Assembly (NCBI GenBank): GCA_937132045.1 | Contig: CAKZNX010000059.1 | Coordinates: 1 to 45,114, forward strand | Length of the DNA: 45,114 nucleotides | Reading direction: 5' to 3' | DNA from: an uncultured bacterium | Lineage (GTDB): Bacteria > Armatimonadota > HRBIN16 | Shown here: positions 20,003-29,393 of the stretch, piece after piece | How positions within the stretch are numbered: the stretch's first letter is position 1 | Layout: each line of letters opens with the position of its first letter | Made by a program: the position numbers and the translations under genes | The notes under the pieces: model-generated | The model's database searches: none | What the model was told of the DNA's origin: nothing | The model's input: only the letters and a program-made list of their open reading frames with translations

Positions 20003-20020
20003 TCAGGAGGACGGCTGACG

Positions 20021-21883
20021 ATGGCTGTGCGCCAGCAGAGTCACGCGGCACACTCCCTGGATGACACCCGTCTGCGATTGCTGCTTGCCGGATCGCTGAT
20101 CGTGCTGTTATTTGTGGGGGTTGTCGCGCGACTGCTCTACCTTCAGACGGTGAAGGCATCGGAACTGCGCCGTCTCGCCGCGCGTTATGGTGGTTTACGG
20201 GTGCAGAAGTGGACGCTGTTCGGGCGGCGCGGGCAGATCAAAGACCGTGCGGGCAACATACTTGCCATGGATGTCAACTCTCTGAGCATCACCATCCGCT
20301 CCCGGGCAGTCACCGAACCTGCGCAGGTGGCTGCTACCCTCAGCCCGATTGTGGGCATACCTGCCACCGAGATCGAGCGCCGCATTCTGGAGCGCCGACT
20401 GGCTGCCGAGCAAACCGCCGACGGCAAGCAACGCACGGGGGTGTTCGTTCTGAAGCGCGAAATCTCGGGCGAGAAGGCGGAGATGCTGAAGGCAGCTCGG
20501 GAGCAGGAGCGGAAGCGCGTGAGAGCACTGAGGCAGAAGCGGGCAAGGCAGAGCACCGCGCAGTCGCTTCGCGCCACCTCGTGGCTGGACGGCGTGGATA
20601 TCACCGAGGAACCCAGGCGCCAGTATCCGTATGGACCGATTGCTTCCGCGCTCATCGGTTTCACCGATCCGGATCAGGAGCAGGGGCAAGCGGGCATCGA
20701 GAGGCTATTTAACGACACGCTGTCTGCAAAAAAGGGCGAGGTGCGTGGTATTGCCGGAGCGAGGGGGCAGATTCTGGCTGGCACACGGCAGGTCATCAGT
20801 GAACCTCGTAACGGAAGCGATGTGCAGTTAACCATCGACGTGAACGTGCAGAGTATCGCAGAGGGATGCCTGGAGGAGGTCATGCAGAAGCACCAGCCGG
20901 CTGGTGCCTGTGCGCTGGTGATGGATGTGCATACGGGCGATCTACTGGCGGTAGCAAACGTGCCGCGCATCGATCTGAACGAAAGGGGCCGGGAGTTGAA
21001 AGAGCACGGGCTGGGCGTCATGCGCAACATGGCGTTGACCTTCCTCTTCGAGCCCGGTTCCACTTTCAAACCGATCACCATTGCGGCGGCTCTGGAGGAA
21101 GGTAGGATTCGTAGCGGACAGGGTTTTTACTGCGCCGGCTCTGCGAAGGTTGGCAAGCACACCATCCGTTGTGCTCCACATGGCGGAAGACGTGCCCATG
21201 GCTATCAGACGCTTGAGGAGGTGGTTGCACACTCGTGCAACGTGGCTACAGCGCAAATCGGGTTGGCTCTCGGCGCGACGGCACTGTATCGAGCTGTGGA
21301 GCGCTTCGGTATGCTGGAGCGCCCTGTGGTTGGGAGCCTGCGGGGCAGGCTGGAGCCGCCGGAAAAATGGCAGCGGATCCGAGTGGCGAACGTGGCGTTT
21401 GGGCAGGGCGTGCAGGTAACACCTGTGGCGCTGCTGGCGGCGTACGCAGTTATCGCGAATGACGGAGTGTATGTGAAACCACGGCTGCTGATGAGCGACC
21501 CGTTTGAAACCAGCCCGGTGTTGTCGCCGGAGGTTGCGCAACGCATGAGGCAGTATCTCAGGGCGGTGGTGGAGGAGGGCACCGGCGAGCTGGCGACGGT
21601 GCACGGTTATGAGGTGGCTGGCAAAACGGGCACTGCTCAGAAGGTGATACCCGGCAGGCGAGGTTATGCGTCCGGCAAGTATGTTGCGTCGTTTGTTGGT
21701 TTCGCTCCAGCCGACAACCCGCGCATCGCGGTGCTGGTGGTGGTGGACGAACCGAGGAACGGTCACTATGGGGGCGTGGTTGCCGCTCCTGCCTTTGCGC
21801 GGATTACCGAGCGGGTGCTGGCGTATCTCGGTGTGCCCGCGAATCTGCAGTCCGAAGCGCGAGTTTCGAATGCCCGAAGGTGA
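20021..21883 (+). CDS. ftsI: penicillin-binding protein, class B transpeptidase (FtsI/PBP3-like)
   Basis: N-terminal TM helix, then SxxK (GSTFKP), SxN (HSCN) and KTGT motifs. Length is 620 aa. Confidence 0.9.
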   Translation: MAVRQQSHAAHSLDDTRLRLLLAGSLIVLLFVGVVARLLYLQTVKASELRRLAARYGGLRVQKWTLFGRRGQIKDRAGNILAMDVNSLSITIRSRAVTEPAQVAATLSPIVGIPATEIERRILERRLAAEQTADGKQRTGVFVLKREISGEKAEMLKAAREQERKRVRALRQKRARQSTAQSLRATSWLDGVDITEEPRRQYPYGPIASALIGFTDPDQEQGQAGIERLFNDTLSAKKGEVRGIAGARGQILAGTRQVISEPRNGSDVQLTIDVNVQSIAEGCLEEVMQKHQPAGACALVMDVHTGDLLAVANVPRIDLNERGRELKEHGLGVMRNMALTFLFEPGSTFKPITIAAALEEGRIRSGQGFYCAGSAKVGKHTIRCAPHGGRRAHGYQTLEEVVAHSCNVATAQIGLALGATALYRAVERFGMLERPVVGSLRGRLEPPEKWQRIRVANVAFGQGVQVTPVALLAAYAVIANDGVYVKPRLLMSDPFETSPVLSPEVAQRMRQYLRAVVEEGTGELATVHGYEVAGKTGTAQKVIPGRRGYASGKYVASFVGFAPADNPRIAVLVVVDEPRNGHYGGVVAAPAFARITERVLAYLGVPANLQSEARVSNARR

Positions 21884-21884
21884 G

Positions 21885-21901
21885 TAATACTATATAATAC
21901 T
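21885..21901 (+). promoter_or_regulatory. AT-rich island with TAATACT direct repeat and an embedded TATAAT
   Basis: TAATACT (21885-21891), ATA, then TAATACT (21895-21901). TATAAT is at 21893-21898. I found no convincing -35 element. Confidence 0.3.
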
Positions 21902-21930
21902 TGAGGTGCTTTCTCTCAAAGCGGCGAGGT

Positions 21931-23430
21931 ATGCAAGTCGTGCTGAAAATTGAACTATCCGAACTGCTTGCAGCCGTCCCCGGCGCTATCCTGACCGGCG
22001 CGGGCGACGTACACAGTATTTGGGTAACGAGTGTGAACTACGACTCGCGCAGGGTGCAGCCGGGGTCGGTGTTTGTGGCGATACCGGGTCAGCGCTATGA
22101 CGGACATGACTTTGTGCAGGATGCCGTGGCGCGGGGGGCGGTTGCGCTGGTAGTAGAGCGCCCCGTCGATGTGGACACGGTGCCGGTCGCCCGGGTTCCC
22201 AGCGCCCGTGAAGCGCTGGCTCTGATGGCAAATCGGTTCTATGGCTCGCCGTCCCGATCCCTCCTGCTGGTGGGGGTCACTGGCACCAACGGCAAGACGA
22301 CCACCACGCACCTGATTGCGCATCTGTTGCGGGCGCACGGCTGGCGCACGGGTACCATCGGTACGCTGGGAGCTGTGCTGGACGGAGTCGGCGAGGTGCC
22401 CATCTCGCACACCACCCCTGAGGCTCCCGAAATACAGCACGTGCTGTACACCGCCCTGCAGAACGGAGTGCAGGCGGTGGCGATGGAGGCATCCTCTCAC
22501 GCGCTCGACCAGAACCGCACGCTCGGGCTGGAGTTTGACGTTGCCGTTTTCACGAACCTGACGCAAGACCATCTGGACTATCACCAGACGATGGAGAATT
22601 ACGCGGGAAGCAAGCGCAAGCTGTTTGTAGAGTACCCGCAACGTAGCAGCAAAACGTTCGCCGCCGTCTTCAACGTGGACGACGCCTGCGGCAGACAATG
22701 GTATGAGCAGAGTCCGTACAAACGGTGGAGCTACGGGGTCTCCAGCAAAGATGCGATGGTGCAGGCGGTTGGCGTGAACCTGAAACCCGACGCCGTGGAA
22801 ATGCGCGTGCGGTCGCCCGCAGGAGACGGCAGGGTAGTTGTGCCGCTGGGTGGTGCGTTTCAGGTTTACAACACGCTGGCGGCTTTAACCACGGCGCTGG
22901 CATTGTCGTTGCCGCTGGACACCACACTGGAGGCTCTGGCGACAGCGCCACAGGTGCCCGGGCGTTTCGAAATTGTGCCGAACGCTCTGGGTGTCACGGT
23001 TATCGTGGATTACGCGCACACGCCCGACGGGCTGGAGAATCTGTTGCGTTCAGCAAGGGCACTGCAGCCTCGGCGTCTAATAACTGTATTTGGATGCGGC
23101 GGAAACCGCGACCGGTCCAAGCGTCCCAGGATGGGGGCGATCGCCTCTGAACTGTCCGACCTCTGTGTGGTCACCTCAGACAACCCGCGGCACGAGCCTC
23201 CCGAGGCGATCATCCGGGAGATATTGGAGGGCATCGGGCGGCGCGAAGGCGTTTTGGTGGAACAGGACCGGCGCAGGGCAATTTTGCTGGCAATCCACAG
23301 CGCTCAGCCGGGTGACATGGTGGTCATCGCGGGCAAGGGACACGAATCGGTGCAGATAGTGGGGGACGAGCGCATCCCATTTGATGACAGGGCGGTCGCG
23401 CGCGAGATATTGGAAGGTGCAACACCATGA
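21931..23430 (+). CDS. murE: UDP-N-acetylmuramoyl-L-alanyl-D-glutamate--2,6-diaminopimelate ligase
   Basis: P-loop GVTGTNGKTTT. The DNPR motif (TSDNPRHE) is typical of meso-DAP-adding MurE. Start is ATG 21931; TTG 21901 (the track start) is an alternative. Confidence 0.92.
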   Translation: MQVVLKIELSELLAAVPGAILTGAGDVHSIWVTSVNYDSRRVQPGSVFVAIPGQRYDGHDFVQDAVARGAVALVVERPVDVDTVPVARVPSAREALALMANRFYGSPSRSLLLVGVTGTNGKTTTTHLIAHLLRAHGWRTGTIGTLGAVLDGVGEVPISHTTPEAPEIQHVLYTALQNGVQAVAMEASSHALDQNRTLGLEFDVAVFTNLTQDHLDYHQTMENYAGSKRKLFVEYPQRSSKTFAAVFNVDDACGRQWYEQSPYKRWSYGVSSKDAMVQAVGVNLKPDAVEMRVRSPAGDGRVVVPLGGAFQVYNTLAALTTALALSLPLDTTLEALATAPQVPGRFEIVPNALGVTVIVDYAHTPDGLENLLRSARALQPRRLITVFGCGGNRDRSKRPRMGAIASELSDLCVVTSDNPRHEPPEAIIREILEGIGRREGVLVEQDRRRAILLAIHSAQPGDMVVIAGKGHESVQIVGDERIPFDDRAVAREILEGATP

Positions 23431-24803
23431 TAGCGGTGACACTCGACGATGTGGCAAAAGCGATAGGCGGAGTGCTTTCGGGCGAGCGAGAGCGTCCAGT
23501 GACCGGCATCGCCATTGATAGCCGAACAGTCCAGCCAGATCAGCTGTTCTTTGCGATACCCGGTGAGCGCACCGATGGGCATTACTACGTGAGAATGAGT
23601 GCCGAGCGCGGAGCGGCGGGCGCGGTGGTTGCACGTCCAGTGGACGCGCCGGAGGGATTCCCACTCCTCTATGTGGCGGATACCATCTGGGCGCTCGGCT
23701 GTCTGGCGCGGTGGTATCGTGGGCAGTTCGATATCCCGGTGGTGGGGATTACGGGCAGCGCAGGCAAAACCACCACCAAAGAGATGACGGCTGCTGCTTT
23801 GAGAGGACGCCATTGTGTGCTGAAATCTCCACAAAACCTGAACACTGAGATCGGATTGCCGCTGGCTCTTTCCCAGCTGGAGCCTCATCATACGGTCGCC
23901 GTGCTGGAGATGGCGATGCGCGGACGGGGTCAGATCGACTGGCTGACTGCCATCGCACGTCCCACCATTGGAGTGATTACTAACATCGGCTGGGCGCATC
24001 TGGAACTTCTCGGTTCGCGCGACAACATCGCTTTGGCGAAGTCGGAGATACTGTATCGGCTGCCCCCCGATGGCGTTGCCGTGCTCAACGCCGATGATGA
24101 CTACTTCGAGTTCTGTCGGCGGCAGGCACCTTGCCCGGTGCTCACTTTCGGCTGGCGCTGCCCGGCTGCTGTGCGGGCGTCGAAAGTGCAACTGGACGGG
24201 GAAGGCAGGGCTGTGTGTGTGGTACGCTACGGACGTGAGCGGGCGCACCTGCACGTGCCGGTACCCGGGCAGCATCATCTGAGCAATGCGCTGGCGGCTC
24301 TTGCCGTGGCTGTCGCGCTGGGGGTTCCGCTGAAGGAAGCCGCGATTAGCCTCCAGCAGATGGAGGCAGTGGATCAGCGGATGCAGGTTCACCGCACGCC
24401 CAAACAGGTGACCGTGCTCGACGATACCTACAACGCGAACCCTGCATCCGTCAAAGCCGCTCTGCATACGCTGGAACATCTGGCGAACGGCAGCCGACGT
24501 GTGGTGGTGCTGGGCGACATGCTGGAACTCGGTGAGCAGGCGCCGCAACTGCACCGCGAGGTGGGACGGGAGGTGGCGCGTACCGGTGCTCAGATGTTGA
24601 TTGCTGTGGGTGAGATGGCAGACGAGGTGACACAGGGCGCAAGCGAGAGCGGGAACCCACCCGCGTGCCTTGTGTACCCCGACAGCCGCAGCGCAGCCCA
24701 TGATGTTGAACAGTGGCTCAAGCCGGGAGATGTGGTGCTGGTGAAGGGGTCGCGTGCCTTGCAGATGGAGCTGATCGTCAAAGCCATCTTCGAGGACTGC
24801 TGA
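23427..24803 (+). CDS. murF: UDP-N-acetylmuramoyl-tripeptide--D-alanyl-D-alanine ligase
   Basis: P-loop GITGSAGKTTTKE. It forms an ATGA overlap with the murE stop. Confidence 0.92.
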   Translation: MIAVTLDDVAKAIGGVLSGERERPVTGIAIDSRTVQPDQLFFAIPGERTDGHYYVRMSAERGAAGAVVARPVDAPEGFPLLYVADTIWALGCLARWYRGQFDIPVVGITGSAGKTTTKEMTAAALRGRHCVLKSPQNLNTEIGLPLALSQLEPHHTVAVLEMAMRGRGQIDWLTAIARPTIGVITNIGWAHLELLGSRDNIALAKSEILYRLPPDGVAVLNADDDYFEFCRRQAPCPVLTFGWRCPAAVRASKVQLDGEGRAVCVVRYGRERAHLHVPVPGQHHLSNALAALAVAVALGVPLKEAAISLQQMEAVDQRMQVHRTPKQVTVLDDTYNANPASVKAALHTLEHLANGSRRVVVLGDMLELGEQAPQLHREVGREVARTGAQMLIAVGEMADEVTQGASESGNPPACLVYPDSRSAAHDVEQWLKPGDVVLVKGSRALQMELIVKAIFEDC

Positions 24804-24804
24804 A

Positions 24805-25800
24805 ATGCTCTGGTTCTGGGTGGCGTTCGTGGTGGCGCTGGCGGTGGTGCTCGTGATGGGTGAGCCAGCGCTGCGCGCGCTGATTGCGGTCAAGGCAGGA
24901 CAGGTCATTCGGGAAGATGCACCCCAGCGACACCAGAGCAAGGCGGGCACTCCCACCATGGGAGGTGTGCTGATTGTCACGGGGCTGGTTGTGGGGCTAT
25001 TGTTGAGCCTTGGGGCGCAGACGGCATTCGCGACGCCCTTCATGACCCGAGCGTGGGACCCCGCAATCTTCTGCACGACGGTGCTGGCGTTCGCCGGTAT
25101 CGGGTTGCTGGACGACTACCTGATCATCCGGCGCGGGAAAAACCTGGGGCTGAAAGCGCGACAGAAGTTGCTGATGCAGTTCCTCGTAGCAGCCGTTTTT
25201 GCAGCATACCTGTATCTTAACGCTGACCCTGGCAAGACCACCGTGCTCCAGCTCGGCGAGATGCGCTGGAACCTGAACGAGTGGTACTATCCGCTGGCGG
25301 CGCTGTTTATCGTGGCGTTGAGCAACGCAGTGAACCTGGCGGATGGACTGGACGGCTTGGCTGCTGGACTGTCGTTGATAGCGGCTTCGGCGCTGGGCAG
25401 TATCGCGGGCAAACTGGATGCTTCGTGGGTGTTGCAGGGCGCTGGCGCTTTGAGCGGAGCGTGCGCGGGGTTCCTGAACTACAATCGGTATCCGGCGCGA
25501 GTGTTCATGGGCGACACAGGTTCGCTGGCACTAGGGGCATCGCTGGCGCTGATCGCCATTTTCGCCAAGCTGGAGCTGATTGCCATGCTGGTGTTTCTGG
25601 TGTTCTGGGTGGAGATGCTGTCGGTGGTGTTGCAGGTGGTTTCGTTTCAGACGACCGGCAGGCGGATTTTTCGCATGTCGCCGCTGCATCACCACTTCGA
25701 GCTGCTGGGTGTTCACGAAACGCGCGTGGTGATGTTGTTCTGGGTTGCAGGCATCGTCAGCGGAGCACTTGGGTTCGTTCTTGCATGGCTGGTGGCATGA
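24805..25800 (+). CDS. mraY: phospho-N-acetylmuramoyl-pentapeptide transferase
   Basis: Motifs NAVNLADGLDGLA, MGDTGSLALG and PLHHHFEL are present, in a polytopic membrane protein. Confidence 0.95.
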   Translation: MLWFWVAFVVALAVVLVMGEPALRALIAVKAGQVIREDAPQRHQSKAGTPTMGGVLIVTGLVVGLLLSLGAQTAFATPFMTRAWDPAIFCTTVLAFAGIGLLDDYLIIRRGKNLGLKARQKLLMQFLVAAVFAAYLYLNADPGKTTVLQLGEMRWNLNEWYYPLAALFIVALSNAVNLADGLDGLAAGLSLIAASALGSIAGKLDASWVLQGAGALSGACAGFLNYNRYPARVFMGDTGSLALGASLALIAIFAKLELIAMLVFLVFWVEMLSVVLQVVSFQTTGRRIFRMSPLHHHFELLGVHETRVVMLFWVAGIVSGALGFVLAWLVA

Positions 25801-27179
25801 GCGCAAAAAGCTGGGAAGACAAACAGGTACTGGTGGTGGGTATTGGGCGAAGCGGGTACGATGTCGCCCGAGTCCTGCGCACCCTTCGAGCGGAGGTTAC
25901 CGCCTGCGATGCGGGAGCACCTCCTCTGGCGGAACCGCTCGAAGCAATGGGCGTGCGCGTGCTGCGGCGCTGGCAGGGAGGATTGCCTGCAGGCTCGCAC
26001 GAACTGGTGGTGACCAGCCCCGGAGTACCTGCCGAGAGCGCCATCCTTCAGGAAGCGGTGGCTCGGGGCTTAGAGGTCTGGTCCGAAGTGGAGTTCGCCT
26101 ATCATCTCAGCAAGGCACCCATCATCGGAGTGACGGGCACCAACGGCAAGAGCACCACTGCGGCGCTAATCGCACACATTCTGGCGACAGCAGGCTATCC
26201 GGCGGTGCTGTGCGGGAACATCGCTGCGGAAGGCTACGAGCGCACACTGACCGCGGCTGCGTCTGAGGCACAGCCACACCACATTCTGGTGGCGGAGGTC
26301 AGCAGCTTTCAGCTGGAGTGGGTGCACCGGTTCCGCCCGAAGGTAGGGGTATGGACGACGCTTTCGGCGGATCACCTGAACCGCCATCGCTCCATGGAGG
26401 AGTATGGCGCTACGAAGGCGCGACTCTTGCGTCGGCAGACAGACGAGCACCTTGCCGTTGTTCCCGGTGACGACAGCGTGATACTTTCTCTGGTCAAAAC
26501 ACAGGCGCAAAAGTGCTACTTCTCACACCAGAAGTTGAACATTACTGGGCGGTACATCTTCGCGAGTACAGAGGGCGTATACCGGGGAGAGAGCGGCAAC
26601 ACCGAGCTGCTGGCATCTACCGAACGATACCGGCTTCTGGGCGAGCACAATCTGCGCAATCTGGCGGCGGCGGTTGCCGCATGTACCCCATGGAGCATGG
26701 CGCGCGAAAAGCTCGAGAAAGCGATAAGTACCTTCCAGCCCCTCCCGCACCGCATGGAACCGGTTGCAGAGGTTAACGGTGTGACGTATGTGAACAACTC
26801 TATGTGCACCAACCTGCACGCTCTGGAGGAGAGTCTGCGTTCCGTGCCGGTTCCGGCTGTCGTGATCGCAGGAGGCGTGGACAAGAGCCATAGCCCGTTT
26901 GGGCAGCTGGTTCCGCTGCTGCATGAGAAGGCGCGTGCGGTCGTGTTGATCGGCGCAGACGCAGAGCGTATCGAACGGCAGCTTCAGGATGCGGGTTGGG
27001 ACAGGATACAGCGGGCAAGTACTCTGGAGGAGGCGGTGACCCAGGCTCGGGCGCTGGCTCAGCCGGGTGACTGGGTCATGCTGTCGCCGGGATGTGCGTC
27101 GTTTGATATGTTCTCGGACTTTCAGGAGAGAGGGCGCAGGTTTCGCGAGGTCGTGTCCGCGATGGGAGGACACTCATGA
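25797..27179 (+). CDS. murD: UDP-N-acetylmuramoylalanine--D-glutamate ligase
   Basis: I moved the start to ATG 25797 (MSAKSWEDKQVLVVGIGRSG...), which forms an ATGA overlap with the mraY stop. P-loop GVTGTNGKSTT. Confidence 0.92.
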   Translation: MSAKSWEDKQVLVVGIGRSGYDVARVLRTLRAEVTACDAGAPPLAEPLEAMGVRVLRRWQGGLPAGSHELVVTSPGVPAESAILQEAVARGLEVWSEVEFAYHLSKAPIIGVTGTNGKSTTAALIAHILATAGYPAVLCGNIAAEGYERTLTAAASEAQPHHILVAEVSSFQLEWVHRFRPKVGVWTTLSADHLNRHRSMEEYGATKARLLRRQTDEHLAVVPGDDSVILSLVKTQAQKCYFSHQKLNITGRYIFASTEGVYRGESGNTELLASTERYRLLGEHNLRNLAAAVAACTPWSMAREKLEKAISTFQPLPHRMEPVAEVNGVTYVNNSMCTNLHALEESLRSVPVPAVVIAGGVDKSHSPFGQLVPLLHEKARAVVLIGADAERIERQLQDAGWDRIQRASTLEEAVTQARALAQPGDWVMLSPGCASFDMFSDFQERGRRFREVVSAMGGHS

Positions 27180-28384
27180 GCGAAGCGCGGACAGTGCAGG
27201 ACGACAGGGCGCTGACGTGGCTGGTTGGCGTGCTGGTGTTCGTCGGTGTGGTCGCAGTTTACGACACCAGCCTTCCCAGAGGCGCGCTTTCCGAGTTCGT
27301 CATGCAAAGCCTGTGGGCACTTGTCGGGCTGGCGGCGTATGTTGTGGGGAGGCAGGTGCCCTCGAGGGTCTGGTATCGTCTCGCCCCGTTTCTGCTCGCT
27401 GCAGCGCTGGCGGGGATGCTGGTGGCAGCATCGGGACAGGCAGGCAAGGAGGTGAACGGGGCGCAGCGCTGGATACAGATAGTGCAGGTGGGTTCGAGGT
27501 CGGTGACGGTTCAGCCCGCCGAGATCGCTAAGGTGGCGCTCATTCTCTTTCTGGCAAGGGTTCTCAGCGCTGCCGACCTGCATGGCATCTGCGCGGACAT
27601 TCGGCGTCGAAGATATCCCCTTCTGGCGCTTGCGGCTACGTTCGCGCCCGCGCTGGTGGCAGCTGAACTGCAGAAGGACCTGGGCACAGCGCTCATTTTT
27701 CTGGGCATCGGAGTGGGGATGTTGTTCACGGCAGGGTTGCCCCTGCGCCGGATTGCGTTGCTGGTGCTGACCGTTGCCGCTGTGGGCGCCTTTTTCATCA
27801 CGCGCGAGTCGTACCGGATGCAGCGGGTCACCGCATTCATGGATCCGTTTGCCAACATCGACTCCATCGGCTTCCAGCTGGCACACTCACTGATGGCTAT
27901 TGGCACGGGCGGTATCTGGGGAACCGGGCTGGGCTTGGGACGTGCGAAGGAGTTCCTGCCTGCGGCGGACACGGACTTCGTTTTCACCACGGTGGCTGAG
28001 GAGACGGGTGCGGTCGGCAGCATCATCGTGATTGGGCTACTCGCGCTGACCACGTGGCGGATTTTCCGGATCGCCCACCAGGCGCAGGCGATGTATCTGA
28101 TGATGCTGGCGAGCGGCGTGGGGCTGATGATCGGGGTGCAGAGCCTGCTCAATCTCTACGTGGTCACAGGCGCCGTGCCGACGACTGGCGTGCCGCTGCC
28201 GTTCATCAGTCAGGGCGGTTCGTCGCTGGTGACGATGCTTTTCAGCGTCGGGCTTGTTCAGCGAGTGGCTCTTCAGCCAATGATCGGGCGCATGAAAGGG
28301 GACTCGGATGCGCGTGCTTCTGGTGGGAGGTGGAACAGGCGGACACCTGTTTCCCGCCGTGAGTATCGCCGAGGCGTTGCGTGA
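27176..28384 (+). CDS. ftsW: SEDS-family peptidoglycan glycosyltransferase FtsW
   Basis: Polytopic membrane protein with SEDS motifs (...PAADTDFVFT..., PLPFISQGGSSL). It forms an ATGA overlap with the murD stop. The 3' end overlaps murG by 77 nt. Confidence 0.9.
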   Translation: MSEARTVQDDRALTWLVGVLVFVGVVAVYDTSLPRGALSEFVMQSLWALVGLAAYVVGRQVPSRVWYRLAPFLLAAALAGMLVAASGQAGKEVNGAQRWIQIVQVGSRSVTVQPAEIAKVALILFLARVLSAADLHGICADIRRRRYPLLALAATFAPALVAAELQKDLGTALIFLGIGVGMLFTAGLPLRRIALLVLTVAAVGAFFITRESYRMQRVTAFMDPFANIDSIGFQLAHSLMAIGTGGIWGTGLGLGRAKEFLPAADTDFVFTTVAEETGAVGSIIVIGLLALTTWRIFRIAHQAQAMYLMMLASGVGLMIGVQSLLNLYVVTGAVPTTGVPLPFISQGGSSLVTMLFSVGLVQRVALQPMIGRMKGDSDARASGGRWNRRTPVSRREYRRGVA

Positions 28385-29393
28385 CGCTGGCGTGGACGAT
28401 ATCGCCTTCGCCGGTCGCGAGGACGGGCTGGAGGGTCGGGTGGTGCCACCGCTTGGCTGGAAGTTCTACGGCATCCGCGCGCTGCCGCTCAGGCGCTCAC
28501 TGGCTCCGTCGGCGTTCGGCGCGTTGCTGAGGACAGTTATTGTTGCCCGTCGTATGCTGAAGGAGTTCGCGCCCGATGTGGTGGTGGCTACAGGCGGCTA
28601 CGTGGCTGCCGGTGTAGTGATGGCGAATGCTATTCGCCGCGGCAGGACCCTGCTGCACGAGCAGAACGCGATACCGGGACGTACGAACCTGTGGCTGTCG
28701 CGATGGGCGCGGCGCGTGTGCATCTCATTCGATGGCACGGTGCCCTATTTCCGAGGACGCCCGGTTGTGCATACCGGCTTGCCGGTGCGTCGGGAGTTGC
28801 TGCGGGCGCGGCTGGACCGCGATACCGCGTGTGAGGAACTTGGGCTGAGCGGTGCAGCACGGGTGTTGCTGGTGATTGGCGGTAGTCAGGGGGCGCGCGC
28901 GCTCAACCGCCTGACTCTGGAGATGCTACCCCGCCTTCGGGAGTTCGGGGTTCAGGTAATACATCAGGTGGGTCAGGCGAACGTGCCGGAGTTCGAGAAC
29001 CAGCCGTGCACGCCGGATTACCGATGGGTCGCCTTCATGGACGCCAGTACGCTGGGGAGGGCATTGTCCGCAGCGGACCTGGTGCTATCGCGAGCCGGGG
29101 CGTCCACGCTGACGGAGATTGCTCTGTTCGGCAGGGCGGCAGTGCTGGTGCCGTATCCGTATGCTTACGCAAACCACCAGTGGCACAACGCGCAGGAGCT
29201 GGGTCGGCTGGGCGGGGCTCTGGTGTTTCGGGAAAGCAGTCTGCAGGCGTCCACTCTGCTGGAAGCCTTGATGAACCTGCTGAACGATGCGGACAGGCTG
29301 CAGGCGATGGGTGAGGCAAACAGACGCTGGAGTAAGGAAGACGCGGCACAGCGGGTGGTGGAGCAGGTGCTGGAGGTATTCAACGAGCCATGA
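28308..29393 (+). CDS. murG: UDP-N-acetylglucosamine--N-acetylmuramyl-(pentapeptide) pyrophosphoryl-undecaprenol GlcNAc transferase
   Basis: Canonical N-terminus MRVLLVGGGTGGHLFPA. RBS AAAGGGGA lies 6 nt upstream of ATG 28308. Confidence 0.92.
   Translation: MRVLLVGGGTGGHLFPAVSIAEALRDAGVDDIAFAGREDGLEGRVVPPLGWKFYGIRALPLRRSLAPSAFGALLRTVIVARRMLKEFAPDVVVATGGYVAAGVVMANAIRRGRTLLHEQNAIPGRTNLWLSRWARRVCISFDGTVPYFRGRPVVHTGLPVRRELLRARLDRDTACEELGLSGAARVLLVIGGSQGARALNRLTLEMLPRLREFGVQVIHQVGQANVPEFENQPCTPDYRWVAFMDASTLGRALSAADLVLSRAGASTLTEIALFGRAAVLVPYPYAYANHQWHNAQELGRLGGALVFRESSLQASTLLEALMNLLNDADRLQAMGEANRRWSKEDAAQRVVEQVLEVFNEP

Noticed and set aside
23304-25076. 590-aa ORF antisense to murF/mraY. The same reasoning covers similar long antisense ORFs at 5286-6485, 12737-14116, 33645-34859, 26523-27173 and 42104-42727.
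   Set aside because: Each lies opposite a gene with unambiguous family motifs. They have low-complexity Arg/Pro/His-rich composition and no RBS.
25281-25796. 632-aa 'long MurD' starting inside mraY. The same reasoning covers the N-terminal extensions of abfA, the MDR gene, both TIM-barrel genes, alr, ispG, glxK, ftsA, ftsQ, ddl and gyrB in the track.
   Set aside because: The extensions overlap upstream genes out of frame, are Arg/Gly/Pro-rich, and precede internal start codons that have RBSs and canonical family N-termini. Many of those internal starts form ATGA overlaps with the preceding stop.
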